From Eledone cirrhosa (taxonomy: Eukaryota): a stretch of 64,000 nt of DNA. The DNA is taken from contig OZ024766.1 in NCBI GenBank assembly GCA_964016885.1, positions 18,972,001-19,036,000 of the forward strand. Direction: 5' to 3'. Position numbers and translations under genes: made by a program. The notes beneath the pieces were generated by a model, which saw only the letters and a list, made by a program, of their open reading frames with translations, made no database searches and was not told the DNA's origin. Positions 42,342-56,516 of this stretch are shown here, in pieces (position 1 is the stretch's first letter; each line of letters opens with the position of its first letter).

Positions 42342-45318
42342 AGACTTCTGGTGTTCTTGGCCCTAGGGCTACCTCCCTACTTACCACCATAGGCACAGAC
42401 CTGGCTACCTGTAGCTGTGGAGACCCCTGGTGTCCTTGGCCCTAGGGCTACCTCCCTACTTACCCCCATAGGTACAGACTTGGCTACCTGTAGCTGTGGA
42501 GACCTCTGGTGTCCTTGGCCCTAGGGCTACCTCCCTACATACCCCCATAGGTACAGACCTGGCTACCTGTAGCAGTGGAGACCTCTGGTGTCCTTGGCCC
42601 TAGGGCTACCTCCCTACTTACCACCATAGATACAGACCTGGCTATCCCTAGCAGTGGAGACTTCTGGTGTCCTTGGCCCTAGGGCTACCTCCCTACTTAC
42701 CCCCATAGGTACAGACCTGGCTACCCCTAGCAGTGGAGACTTCTGGTGTCCTTGGCCCTAGGGCTACCTCCCTACTTACCCCCATAGGTACAGTGTTGGC
42801 TACTTGTAGCAGTGGAGACTTCTGGTGTCCTTGGCCCTAGGGCTACCTCCCTACTTACCACCATAGGTACAGTGTTGGCTACTTGTAGCAGTGGAGACTT
42901 CTGGTGTCCTTGGCCCTAGGGCTACCTCCCTACTTACCCCCATAGGTACAGTGTTGGCTACTTGTAGCAGTGGAGACTTCTGGTGTCCTTGGCCCTAGGG
43001 CTACCTCCCTACTTACCCCCATAGGTACAGTGTTGGCTACTTGTAGCAGTGGAGACTTCTGGTGTCCTTGGCCCTAGGGCTACCTCCCTACATACCCCCA
43101 TAGGTACAGACCTGGCTACCCCTAGCAGTGGAGACTTCTGGTGTCCTTGGCCCTAGGGCTACCTCCCTACATACCCCCATAGGTACAGACCTGGCTACCC
43201 CTAGCAGTGGAGACTTCTGGTGTCCTTGGCCCTAGGGCTACCTCTCTACTTACCACCATAGGTACAGACCTGGCTACCCCTAGCAGTGGAGACTTCTGGT
43301 GTCCTTGGCCCTAGGGCTACCTCCCTACTTACCCCCATAGGTACAGACCTGGCTACCCCTAGCAGTGGAGACTTCTGGTGTCCTTGGCCCTAGGGCTACC
43401 TCCCTACATACCCCCATAGGTACAGACCTGGCTACCCCTAGCAGTGGAGACTTCTGGTGTCCTTGACCCTAGGGCTACCTCCCTACTTACCACCATAGGT
43501 ACAGACCTGGCTACCCCTAGCAGTGGAGACTTCTGGTGTCCTTGACCCTAGGGCTACCTCCCTACTTACCACCATAGGTACAGACCTGGCTACCCCTAGC
43601 AGTGGAGACTTCTGGTGTCCTTGGCCCTAGGGCTACCTCCCTACATACCCCCATAGGTACAGACCTGGCTACCCCTAGCAGTGGAGACTTCTGGTGTCCT
43701 TGACCCTAGGGCTACCTCCCTACTTACCACCATAGGTACAGACTTGGCTACCTGTAGCAGTGGAGACTTCTGGTGTCCTTGGCCCTAGGGCTACCTCCCT
43801 ACTTACCACCATAGGTACAGTGTTGGCTACCTGTAGCAGTGGAGACTTCTGGTGTCCTTGGCCCTAGGGCTACCTCTCTACTTACCCCCATAGGTACAGA
43901 CTTGGCTACCTGTAGCAGTGGAGACCTCTGGTGTCCTTGGCCCTAAGGCTACCTCCCTACTTACCACCATAGGCACAGACCTGGCTACCTCTAGCAGTGG
44001 AGACTTCTGGTGTCCTTGGCCCTAGGGCTACCTCCCTACTTACCCCCATAGGTACAGACCTGGCTACCTGTAGCAGTGGAGACTTCTGGTGTCCTTGGCC
44101 CTAGGGCTACCTCCCTACATACCCCCATAGGTACAGACCTGGCTACCCCTAGCAGTGGAGACTTCTGGTGTCCTTGGCCCTAGGGCTACCTCCCTACTTA
44201 CCCCCATAGGTACAGACCTGGCTACCTGTAGCAGTGGAGACTTCTGGTGTCCTTGGCCCTAGGGCTACCTCCCTACATACCCCCATAGGTACAGACCTGG
44301 CTACCCCTAGCAGTGGAGACTTCTGGTGTCCTTGGCCCTAGGGCTACCTCCCTACTTACCCCCATAGGTACAGACCTGGCTACCTGTAGCAGTGGAGACT
44401 TCTGGTGTCCTTGGCCCTAGGGCTACCTCCCTACATACCCCCATAGGTACAGACCTGGCTACCCCTAGCAGTGGAGACTTCTGGTGTCCTTGGCCCTAGG
44501 GCTACCTCCCTACTTACCCCCATAGGTACAGACCTGGCTACCTGTAGCAGTGGAGACTTCTGGTGTCCTTGGCCCTAGGGCTACCTCCCTACTTACCACC
44601 ATAGGTACAGACCTGGCTACCCCTAGCAGTGGAGACTTCTGGTGTCCTTGGCCCTAGGGCTACCTCCCTACTTACCACCATAGGTACAGACCTGGCTACC
44701 CCTAGCAGTGGAGACTTCTGGTGTCCTTGGCCCTAGGGCTACCTCTCTACTTACCACCATAGGTACAGACCTGGCTACCCCTAGCAGTGGAGACTTCTGG
44801 TGTCCTTGGCCCTAGGGCTACCTCCCTACTTACCACCATAGGTACAGACCTGGCTACCCCTAGCAGTGGAGACTTCTGGTGTCCTTGGCCCTAGGGCTAC
44901 CTCCCTACATACCCCCATAGGTACAGACCTGGCTACCCCTAGCAGTGGAGACTTCTGGTGTCCTTGGCCCTAGGGCTACCTCCCTACATACCCCCATAGG
45001 TACAGACCTGGCTACCCCTAGCAGTGGAGACTTCTGGTGTCCTTGACCCTAGGGCTACCTCCCTACTTACCACCATAGGTACAGACCTGGCTAGCCCTAG
45101 CAGTGGAGACTTCTGGTGTCCCTGGCCCTAGGGCTACCTCCCTACTTACCCCCATAGGTACAGTGTTGGCTACCTGTAGCAGTGGAGACCTCTGGTGTCC
45201 TTGGCCCTAGGGCTACCTCCCTACTTACCCCCATAGGTACAGTGTTGGCTACCCCTAGCAGTGGAGACTTCTGGTGTCCTTGGCCCTAGGGCTACCTCCC
45301 TACTTACCCCCATAGGTA
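42342..45318. repeat. 79-bp satellite (~38 copies)
   Basis: Unit AGACTTCTGGTGTCCTTGGCCCTAGGGCTACCTCCCTACTTACCCCCATAGGTACAGACCTGGCTACCCCTAGCAGTGG. Confidence 0.96.
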
Positions 45319-45790
45319 TGGCTCTTCCAGTCAAACTACTTCTCTATCCTGACCCGCGGGGCCGCCAGTGCTTGGGAGACCCCCATGGGCCGTAATAGCG
45401 AGAGAGTGGGGAGGGTGGGAGTTTGGGGTCCACCGCACACCACTCATACAGTTCCGGGCAGCCCCACCCCTTACACCACTCCACTAACCCCACCACCACC
45501 CCACTCCACCAAACTCTACACCATTCCCCCCCCATAACACCGCTCCACCCACCCCCACCCCCTACAACACCCCCCCCCCCCCCACCCCAACACCCACCAA
45601 GCTACTCCACCCCCCCCCCCCCCCATAAAAATGTTACACCTCTCTTCCAATGTTACATAAATATTAGCATAGCCACCCCTAACCCCTAATATTTAGAATA
45701 GGTGGGGTGGACTGTTATATATATATATATATAGGGGTGGGTGGAAGTGTGTATATTGTGTATATATCTATATACACCCATACATACACA

Positions 45791-45833
45791 CATCATCATC
45801 ATCATCATCATCATCATCACCGTTTTACGTCCG
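45791..45833 (-). mobile_element. Extreme 3' tail fragment of the RTE element
   Basis: (CAT)nCACCGTTTTACGTCCG identical to 19491-19526. Confidence 0.75.
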
Positions 45834-45872
45834 ATATATGTGTATATACATATATATATATATATATGTATA

Positions 45873-45922
<50 letters not shown>

Positions 45923-45924
45923 TG

Positions 45925-46049
<125 letters not shown>

Positions 46050-46080
46050 ATATATATATATATACACATATATATGTGTA

Positions 46081-46114
<34 letters not shown>

Positions 46115-46116
46115 CA

Positions 46117-46148
<32 letters not shown>

Positions 46149-46164
46149 CATATATATGTGTATA

Positions 46165-46235
<71 letters not shown>

Positions 46236-46266
46236 GTGTATATATATATATACATATATTATAAAG

Positions 46267-46338
<72 letters not shown>

Positions 46339-46387
46339 CATGTATATATATATATAAATGAATGTATGTATGTATATATATACACAC

Positions 46388-46417
<30 letters not shown>

Positions 46418-46421
<4 letters not shown>

Positions 46422-46621
46422 TTAATATAGATGAGATTCTACAGGGCTAGAACTGTTTCATTCTTTAGAAATCATCAGGAATCATCAGGGATTCCTGATG
46501 ATTTCTAAAGAATGAAACAGTTCTAGTCCTGTAGAATCTCATCTATATTAAAACTGTTATACTCTGCTATGTATTGAGTACCTTACTTACTGTGGTTACC
46601 TCCGATTCAACCCGGAATAAC

Positions 46622-46622
<1 letters not shown>
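46418..46622. mobile_element. Penelope-like inverted pLTR remnant (family 1)
   Basis: ~66-bp inverted arms (46418-46483 and 46490-46555) containing a hammerhead core; the right arm is extended. Confidence 0.7.
46488..46540 (+). ncRNA. Type I hammerhead ribozyme motif (family 1); mirror copy on minus strand at 46433-46483
   Basis: GGGATTC-CTGATGA-tTTCtaaaGAAt-GAAACAG-ttctagtc-CTGTA-GAATCTC: stems I and III pair; the first pair of stem II is a U-U mismatch. Confidence 0.7.
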
Positions 46623-46674
<52 letters not shown>

Positions 46675-46712
46675 ATTAAATAAATGGAAAACTATATTTA
46701 TAAAACCATATT

Positions 46713-46778
46713 TATTTCATTATATATATTTCGGGAATATCATATTAACAATATGCTATGCCTTCATCAGACAAAATA
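46713..46778 (-). ncRNA. Minimal type I hammerhead motif (family 3)
   Basis: Reverse complement TATTTTGT-CTGATGA-31 nt stem II-GAAA-TATATAT-A-ATGAAATA. Confidence 0.7.
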
Positions 46779-46946
46779 CAATATAAACAGTTTTATAGAT
46801 AAATATATTCGACATACCGTAATAAACATCAACTTCATTTGAAGAGGTTTACGCTAGCAGTAAAGATACTCCAAATATTTGTCGAGTGCTTTTATATCAG
46901 TTATAAATATTTACTAGTTGTAACCCAACAATTTTAAATATAACTT

Positions 46947-46977
<31 letters not shown>

Positions 46978-46982
46978 ATGTG

Positions 46983-47034
<52 letters not shown>

Positions 47035-47215
47035 AATTAAAATACTAGAGTGTGTTGGAGTTAAACACCCTCTTCCAGTAAAGGTAGAGCTCAATGTAAT
47101 TAAACAGAGCTGACAACTTTTCCTTGATATCTTTCCTAAGCTTTAATAGATGAATACTCCATATTCTTCTGAGTTTTTGGCTTGTATTGGCCGATAGTGC
47201 TTCTTGTAGCTTTAC

Positions 47216-47258
47216 TTGCCCTGATGAGTCCTTAATAGGACGAAACATTGTTGGCTAA
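47216..47258 (+). ncRNA. Minimal type I hammerhead motif (family 2)
   Basis: TTGCC-CTGATGA-GTCCT TAAT AGGAC-GAAA-CATTGT-T-GGC; perfect 5-bp stem II; AATAAA directly downstream. Confidence 0.78.
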
Positions 47259-47307
47259 TAAAGACTTTGATATATTGAAGGCTTCTTTGGTTTATTTTTT
47301 ATAATTT

Positions 47308-47350
<43 letters not shown>

Positions 47351-47390
47351 GATATTAAACAAATGGAAACTATATTTATAAAACCATATT

Positions 47391-47456
47391 TATTTCATTA
47401 TACATATTTCAGGGATACCATATTAAAAATATGGCATGCCTTCTTCAGATAAAATA
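47391..47456 (-). ncRNA. Minimal type I hammerhead motif (family 3)
   Basis: Reverse complement of 48230-48295. Confidence 0.72.
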
Positions 47457-47519
47457 CAATATATAAGCAGTTTTATAAATAAATTTGACGTACCATAAAA
47501 TATTGATCAACTTCCATTT

Positions 47520-48158
47520 AAAAAAGTTGGTTTGGTAGTCTAAAAAAGTTGGTTTGGTAGTCTAAAAAAGTTGGTTTGGTAGTCTAAAAAAGTTGGTTTG
47601 GTAGTCTAAAAAAGTTGGTTTGGTAGTCTAAAAAAGTTGGTTTGGTAGTCTAAAAAAGTTGGTTTGGTAGTCTAAAAAAGTTGGTTTGGTAGTCTAAAAA
47701 AGTTGGTTTGGTAGTCTAAAAAAGTTGGTTTGGTAGTCTAAAAAAGTTGGTTTGCTAGTCTAAAAAAGTTGGTTTGGTAGTCTAAAAAAGTTGGTTTGGT
47801 AGTCTAAAAAAGTTGGTTTGGTAGTCTAAAAAAGTTAGTTTGGTAGTCTAAAAAAGTTAGTTTGGTAGTCTAAAAAAGTTGGTTTGCTAGTCTAAAAAAG
47901 TTGGTTTGGTAGTCTAAAAAAGTTGGTTTGGTAGTCTAAAAAAGTTGGTTTGGTAGTCTAAAAAAGTTGGTTTGGTAGTCTAAAAAAGTTGGTTTGGTAG
48001 TCTAAAAAAGTTGGTTTGGTAGTCTAAAAAAGTTGGTTTGGTAGTCTAAAAAAGTTAGTTTGCTAGTCTAAAAAAGTTGGTTTGGTAGTCTAAAAAAGTT
48101 GGTTTGGTAGTCTAAAAAAGTTGGTTTGGTAGTCTAAAAAAGTTGGTTTGGTAGTCTA
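47520..48158. repeat. 22-bp minisatellite AAAAAAGTTGGTTTGGTAGTCT (~29 copies)
   Basis: Direct reading. Confidence 0.96.
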
Positions 48159-48229
48159 ACTTTTCTAAATGGAAGTTGATCAATATTTTATGGTACGTCA
48201 AATTTATTTATAAAACTGCTTATATATTG

Positions 48230-48295
48230 TATTTTATCTGAAGAAGGCATGCCATATTTTTAATATGGTATCCCTGAAATATGTATAATGAAATA
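48230..48295 (+). ncRNA. Minimal type I hammerhead motif (family 3)
   Basis: TATTTTAT-CTGAAGA-AGGcATGCCATAT..ATATGGTATcCCT-GAAA-TATGTAT-A-ATGAAATA; 8-bp stem I. Confidence 0.75.
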
Positions 48296-48423
48296 AATAT
48301 GGTTTTATAAATATAGTTTCCATTTGTTTAATATCGTATATCTACTCCCAAAATCTGTTGAGTGCTTTATATCAGTTATAAAATATTTACTTGTTGTAAC
48401 CCAACAATTTTAAATAAAACTTT

Positions 48424-48480
<57 letters not shown>

Positions 48481-48608
48481 ATATATATATATATTTGTTC
48501 CCAGTGTGAACCTAATAAGTCTGTTTTTATATTTCTGCAGTCTGTCTCAGTTATTTTAGAACTTTGTATATATATTTATATATATTTATATATATTTATA
48601 TATATATT

Positions 48609-49240
<632 letters not shown>

Positions 49241-49342
49241 ATATATATATATATATATATATATAACGGAAGAAATGTGGTAAGGAACCAGGTGGACCAT
49301 AACGCACCAAAGTACTCAATACTTAGGGTAGTAGAGTGGGTA

Positions 49343-49411
49343 ATAGGAACGAGTAGGACCCCGACGGCTGAGCGGCTTGAGCTCAGCCGTCGGGGTCCTA
49401 CTTGTTCCTAT
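49343..49411. repeat. GC-rich 31-bp inverted repeat (hairpin)
   Basis: ATAGGAACGAGTAGGACCCCGACGGCTGAGC / GCTCAGCCGTCGGGGTCCTACTTGTTCCTAT, 7-nt spacer. Confidence 0.9.
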
Positions 49412-49413
49412 AT

Positions 49414-49456
<43 letters not shown>

Positions 49457-49472
49457 GGTGTGTATGTATATA

Positions 49473-49514
<42 letters not shown>

Positions 49515-49550
49515 TACATACATTTATATATAGACATATATATATATATA

Positions 49551-49592
<42 letters not shown>

Positions 49593-49672
49593 CTCTCTCT
49601 CTATATATATATACACATCTCTATATATATACATATACACATCTCTCTATATATACATATATATATATATAT

Positions 49673-49756
<84 letters not shown>

Positions 49757-49785
49757 CTCTCTCTCTATATATATATACACATCTC

Positions 49786-49917
<132 letters not shown>

Positions 49918-50008
49918 CATATATACATATATATAAATATATACATATATATATACATATATACATATATATATACATACACACACACATATATATATAT
50001 ATATACAT

Positions 50009-50071
<63 letters not shown>

Positions 50072-50088
50072 CATATATACATACACAC

Positions 50089-50139
<51 letters not shown>

Positions 50140-50322
50140 TATATATATATATATACATATACACACACACATATACATATATACATACATACACACACAT
50201 ATATATATATATACATACACACACACACACATATATATATATACATACACACACACACATACATATATATACATATACACACACACACACATACATATAT
50301 ATACATATATACACACACTTAC

Positions 50323-50398
50323 CAAGTACTATGTCCTGAAAGTCTTACAAATCTGTTTGGTATGTTACAGTTATATTTCCAGTTAAGATAAGAAACGG
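50323..50398 (-). other. Candidate 76-nt exon of an unidentified gene
   Basis: Acceptor CCCCCTCAG, donor TTG|GTAAGT, one open frame ([24 protein letters not shown]), unique island within microsatellites. Confidence 0.35.
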
Positions 50399-50537
50399 CT
50401 GAGGGGGGTGGGATCACCCCATTACATCCCTGGGGGTGGAGGGCAGGGGTGGAGTAGATGGGGATGGTGGCGTAGGGGTTGTGGGGGTCGGGGCGGGGGA
50501 AGTTCCACAGATGGGTGTGTCACATACTGTGTGTGTG

Positions 50538-50672
<135 letters not shown>

Positions 50673-50685
50673 GTATATATATATG

Positions 50686-50768
<83 letters not shown>

Positions 50769-50803
50769 GTATATATATATACATATATATATATATGTAT
50801 ATA

Positions 50804-50991
<188 letters not shown>

Positions 50992-51266
50992 CATATATAT
51001 ATATGTGTGTGTATATATATATATGTATATATATATATACATATATATATATGTGTGTGTATATATATATATACATATTTATATACATATATATATTTAT
51101 GTGTGTGTATATATACATATTTACATATATATACATGTGTATATGTGTATAAATATATATATTTATATATAGTAATAATAATAAAATTGAAAACTAAATC
51201 CAGAGAGGGTCTTTGCTTAAACTTTAATCTGTTATTTTAATAAATATATTTATATATATATATGTG

Positions 51267-51318
<52 letters not shown>

Positions 51319-51745
51319 TATATATATATATATATAAAATATATATACATGCTAGCGTGGAAAGCGGATGTTAAACGAAGATGATGATGATGATGATGAT
51401 GATGATATATATATATTTATATATATACATGTATATATACATGTGTGTGTATATATGTATATATATATGTGTGTGTATATATATATGTGTATATATATGT
51501 GTGTATATATATATATATATGTATGTATATATTATGTGTGTATATATATGTATATATATATGTATGTATATATATATATATGTGTGTGTATATATATATA
51601 TATGTGTATATATATATATATCTGTGTATACAATATTTTGAGTAGGTGTGGTACATGTGACAATGTTTTAAAAATTATTATTAGAACTGTCATGTAACTG
51701 AAGACTGGGTGTTAGGATTTTTGTTTAAACCCAGGTTAGTCATTG

Positions 51746-52602
51746 TACATAGTGTACCTAGGACTACATTATCTAATGTACAGTACAGTAGTTAGTATTA
51801 GTGGCTATCAGACATAGTATATCTAGGACTACATTATCTAATGTACAGTACAGTAGTTAGTATTAGTGGCTATCTGACATAGTGTATCTAGGACTACATT
51901 ACCTAATGTACAGTACAGTAGTTAGTATTAGTGGCTATCAGACATAGTGTATCTAGGACTACATTATCTAATGTACAGTACAGTAGTTAGTATTAGTGGC
52001 TATCAGACATAGTATATCTAGGACTACATTATCTAATGTACAGTACAGTAGTTAGTATTAGTGGCTATCAGACATAGTGTATCTAGGACTACATTATCTA
52101 ATGTACAGTACAGTAGTTAGTATTAGTGGCTATCAGACATAGTATATCTAGGACTACATTATCTAATGTACAGTACAGTAGTTAGTATTAGTGGCTATCA
52201 GACATAGTGTATCTAGGACTACATTATCTAATGTACAGTATAGTAGTTAGTATCAGTGGCTATCAGACATAGTATATCTAGGACTACATTATCTAATGTA
52301 CAGTACAGTAGTTAGTATTAGTGACTATCAGACATAGTGTATCTAGGTCTACATTATCTAATGTACAGTACAGTAGTTAGTATTAGTGGCTATCAGACAT
52401 AGTGTATCTAGGACTACATTATCTAATGTACAGTACAGTAGTTAGTATCAGTGGCTATCAGACATAGTATATCTAGGACTACATTATCTAATGTACAGTA
52501 CAGTAGTTAGTATTAGTGGCTATCAGACATAGTGTACCTAGGACTACATTATCTAATGTACAGTACAGTAGTTAGTATTAGTGGCTATCAGACATAGTGT
52601 AT
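51746..52602. repeat. 65-bp satellite (~13 copies)
   Basis: Unit GGACTACATTATCTAATGTACAGTACAGTAGTTAGTATTAGTGGCTATCAGACATAGTGTATCTA. Confidence 0.95.
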
Positions 52603-52640
52603 TTATACAGTATAAATATATATATAGTAACTATATACAC

Positions 52641-52672
<32 letters not shown>

Positions 52673-52867
52673 GTCTCTATATATACACACACATATATAC
52701 ACATATACACACACACACACATATATATATATACACACAAATCTAAACCCAACATTGGAAACGTGTCAACAACGGAATTCAACAGACCAAGGGAGATAAA
52801 TCTGTCCGCACCAATGTTAAAAAATACAATTATTTCAGTTGCTTGCCAAAATATAGAGATACCTGCT

Positions 52868-53643
52868 GATGATGATGATGATGGTGGTGGTGGTGGGGTG
52901 GGAGGTGGGGTGTTGGGGTAGTGGTGGTGTGGTGGTAGTGGTGGTGGTGTTGGTTGTGTAGTGGTGGTGGTGATGATGGTGTGGTGGTGGTGTTGGTTGT
53001 GGTGTAGTGGTGGTGGTGGTGGTGGTGTAGTGGTGTTGTAGTGGTGGTGGTGGTGGTGTAGTGGTGGTGTTGGTGATGGCGATGTAGTGGTGGTGGTGTG
53101 GTGGTGGTGGTGTGGTGGTGGTGGTGTTGGTTGTGGTGTAGTGGTGGTGATGATGGTGTTGGTTGTGGTGTTGGTTCTGGTGTAGTGGTGGTGGTGGTGG
53201 TGATGGTGGTGTAGTGGTGGTGGTGTTGGTTGTGGTGTAGTGTGGTGTTGGTGGTGGTGGTGGTGTAGTGGTGGTGTTGTAGTGGTGGTGGTGGTGGTGG
53301 TGTAGTGGTGGTGGTGGTGTAGTGGTGTTGTTGTAGTGGTGTAGTGGTGGTGTGATGTTGGTGGTGGTGGTGTAGTAGTGGTGGTGTAGGTGATGGTCGT
53401 GTAGTGATGTTGGTGGTGGTGGTGATGGTGGTGTAGTGGTGCTGGTGTGGTGGTGGTGGTGTAGTGATGGTAGTGGTGTAGTGGTGGTGGTGTTGGTTGT
53501 GGTGTGGTGGTGGTGGTGGTGTTGTAGTGGTGGTGGTAGTGGTGTAGTGGTGTTGTTGTAGTGGTGTAGTGATGGTGGTGGTGTGATGTTGGTGGTGGTG
53601 GTGTGGTGGTGTGGTGGTGTTGTAGTGGTGGTGGTGGTGGTGT
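52868..53643. repeat. (GGT)n-derived compound microsatellite
   Basis: Direct reading. Confidence 0.92.
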
Positions 53644-53681
53644 ACTGAGTGAAGCTCTTATGATTAGTTTCCCCGTATGAA

Positions 53682-53720
<39 letters not shown>

Positions 53721-53733
53721 TAGTTTACACACA

Positions 53734-53765
<32 letters not shown>

Positions 53766-53893
53766 CTCATATATACACATATATATATATATATACATAC
53801 ATATGCTTATCTTTCTTGATAAATCACTAAATATATCAGTGTGAATATTTGTATGGCTGCATATAATATAAATATATATATATATATATAGAG

Positions 53894-54000
<107 letters not shown>

Positions 54001-54006
54001 TATACA

Positions 54007-54042
<36 letters not shown>

Positions 54043-54045
54043 CAC

Positions 54046-54158
<113 letters not shown>

Positions 54159-54166
54159 TACACATA

Positions 54167-54290
<124 letters not shown>

Positions 54291-54297
54291 TATATAT

Positions 54298-54376
<79 letters not shown>

Positions 54377-54377
54377 C

Positions 54378-54830
54378 GCAAAGGTTATATTTAATTTGTT
54401 GGGATTCAACAAGCTTAGACATGTTTATAACTGATATAAAGCACTCAACAACAGGTGGAGTAAATACACAATATATTAATAAATGGAAACTATATTTATA
54501 AAACCATAATTATTTTATTATACATATTTCAAGGGCAACCAAGGCAAATTATGGTGCACTTTCATCAGATAAAATACAGATTTGTTTTATAAATAAATAT
54601 TGACATACCCGGAAAAAATACAACCTTAACGGTTGACTATCCAGGAACCTCCGACAATTAAAGTTGTCTTTTTTCAGGGTATGTCAATATTTATTTATAA
54701 AACAAATCTGTATTGTATTTTATCTGATGAAAGTGCACCATAATTTGCCTTGGATGCCCTTGGAATATGTATAATAAAATAAATATGGTTTTATAAATAT
54801 AGTTTCCGTTTATTAACATATATTAATATA
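54378..54830. mobile_element. Diverged Penelope-like inverted pLTR pair (family 3) with hammerheads at 54511-54576 (-) and 54716-54781 (+)
   Basis: Inverted arms; homologous to 48166-48425 in the opposite orientation; the plus copy has GAAA changed to GGAA. Confidence 0.72.
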
Positions 54831-54862
54831 TACATATACATATATATATATATATATATAAT

Positions 54863-55575
54863 GGAGGCACATGGCTTAGTGGTTAGAATGCAATCGAAAG
54901 GTTATGAGTTCAATTCTCAGACCGGGTGATGTGTTGTTTCCTTGAGCAAGACACTTTATTTCACATTGCTCCAGTTTACTCAGCTGTAGAAATGAGATGA
55001 TAGGGACTGGAGTCCCTATCATTCCACTGTAAAGTGGTCGTGGAGGTGCCACGGCAAAAAAGCACCCAGCACTCACTGTAAAGTGGTCGTGGAGGTGCCA
55101 CGGCAAAAAAGCACCCAGCACTCACTGTAAAGTGGTCGTGGAGGTGCCACGGCAAAAAAGCACCCAGCACTCACTGTAAAGTGGTCGTGGAGGTGCCACG
55201 GCAAAAAAGCACCCAGCACTCACTGTAAAGTGGTCGTGGAGGTGCCACGGCAAAAAAGCACCCAGCACTCACTGTAAAGTGGACGTGGAGGTGCCACGGC
55301 AAAAAAGCACCCAGCACTCACTGTAAAGTGGTCGTGGAGGTGCCACGGCAAAAAAGCACCCAGCACTCACTGTAAAGTGGACGTGGAGGTGCCACGGCAA
55401 AAAAGCACCCAGCACTCACTGTAAAGTGGTCGTGGAGGCGCCACGGCAAAGAAGCACCCAGCACTCACTGTAAATGAGGTTGGTGTTAGGAAGGGCATCC
55501 AGCTGTAGAAATCAAGCCAGAATCAGTTCCCGTTCCACCCTTGCAAGCAGGGAAAAGCAGACGTAAAATGATGAT
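54863..55575 (+). mobile_element. tRNA-derived SINE with RTE-type tail (copy 2)
   Basis: Same head, body, hairpin, tandem unit and tail as 28345-29210. Confidence 0.88.
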
Positions 55576-55769
55576 ATATATGTGTGTGTGTGTGTGTGAA
55601 TTCTACCTTGTGTACACCTTCACACACCTCGATCTAATTAACACATGTCTTCAACAATACACCACCCCCACCCCCAACATCAGTCACCTATCCCAAAACA
55701 TGTAAAGTTACACCCTAGATTCTGTAAGATGTCCCGATAGGGCGGGGGGGGGGAGGGGACGAACTGTTT

Positions 55770-56516
<747 letters not shown>

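Larger units (their letters stand above)
47348..48425. mobile_element. Penelope-like inverted pLTR pair (family 3) enclosing a 22-bp array
   Basis: Near-perfect ~175-bp inverted arms 47348-47520 and 48166-48340; the right arm is extended to ~48425. Confidence 0.75.

Noticed and set aside
45675-45690. Telomere-like CCCTAA
   Set aside because: Only two imperfect units
47520-48158. CRISPR-like appearance of short regular repeats (also the 39-, 61- and 48/50-bp arrays)
   Set aside because: No unique spacers, no cas genes, eukaryotic context
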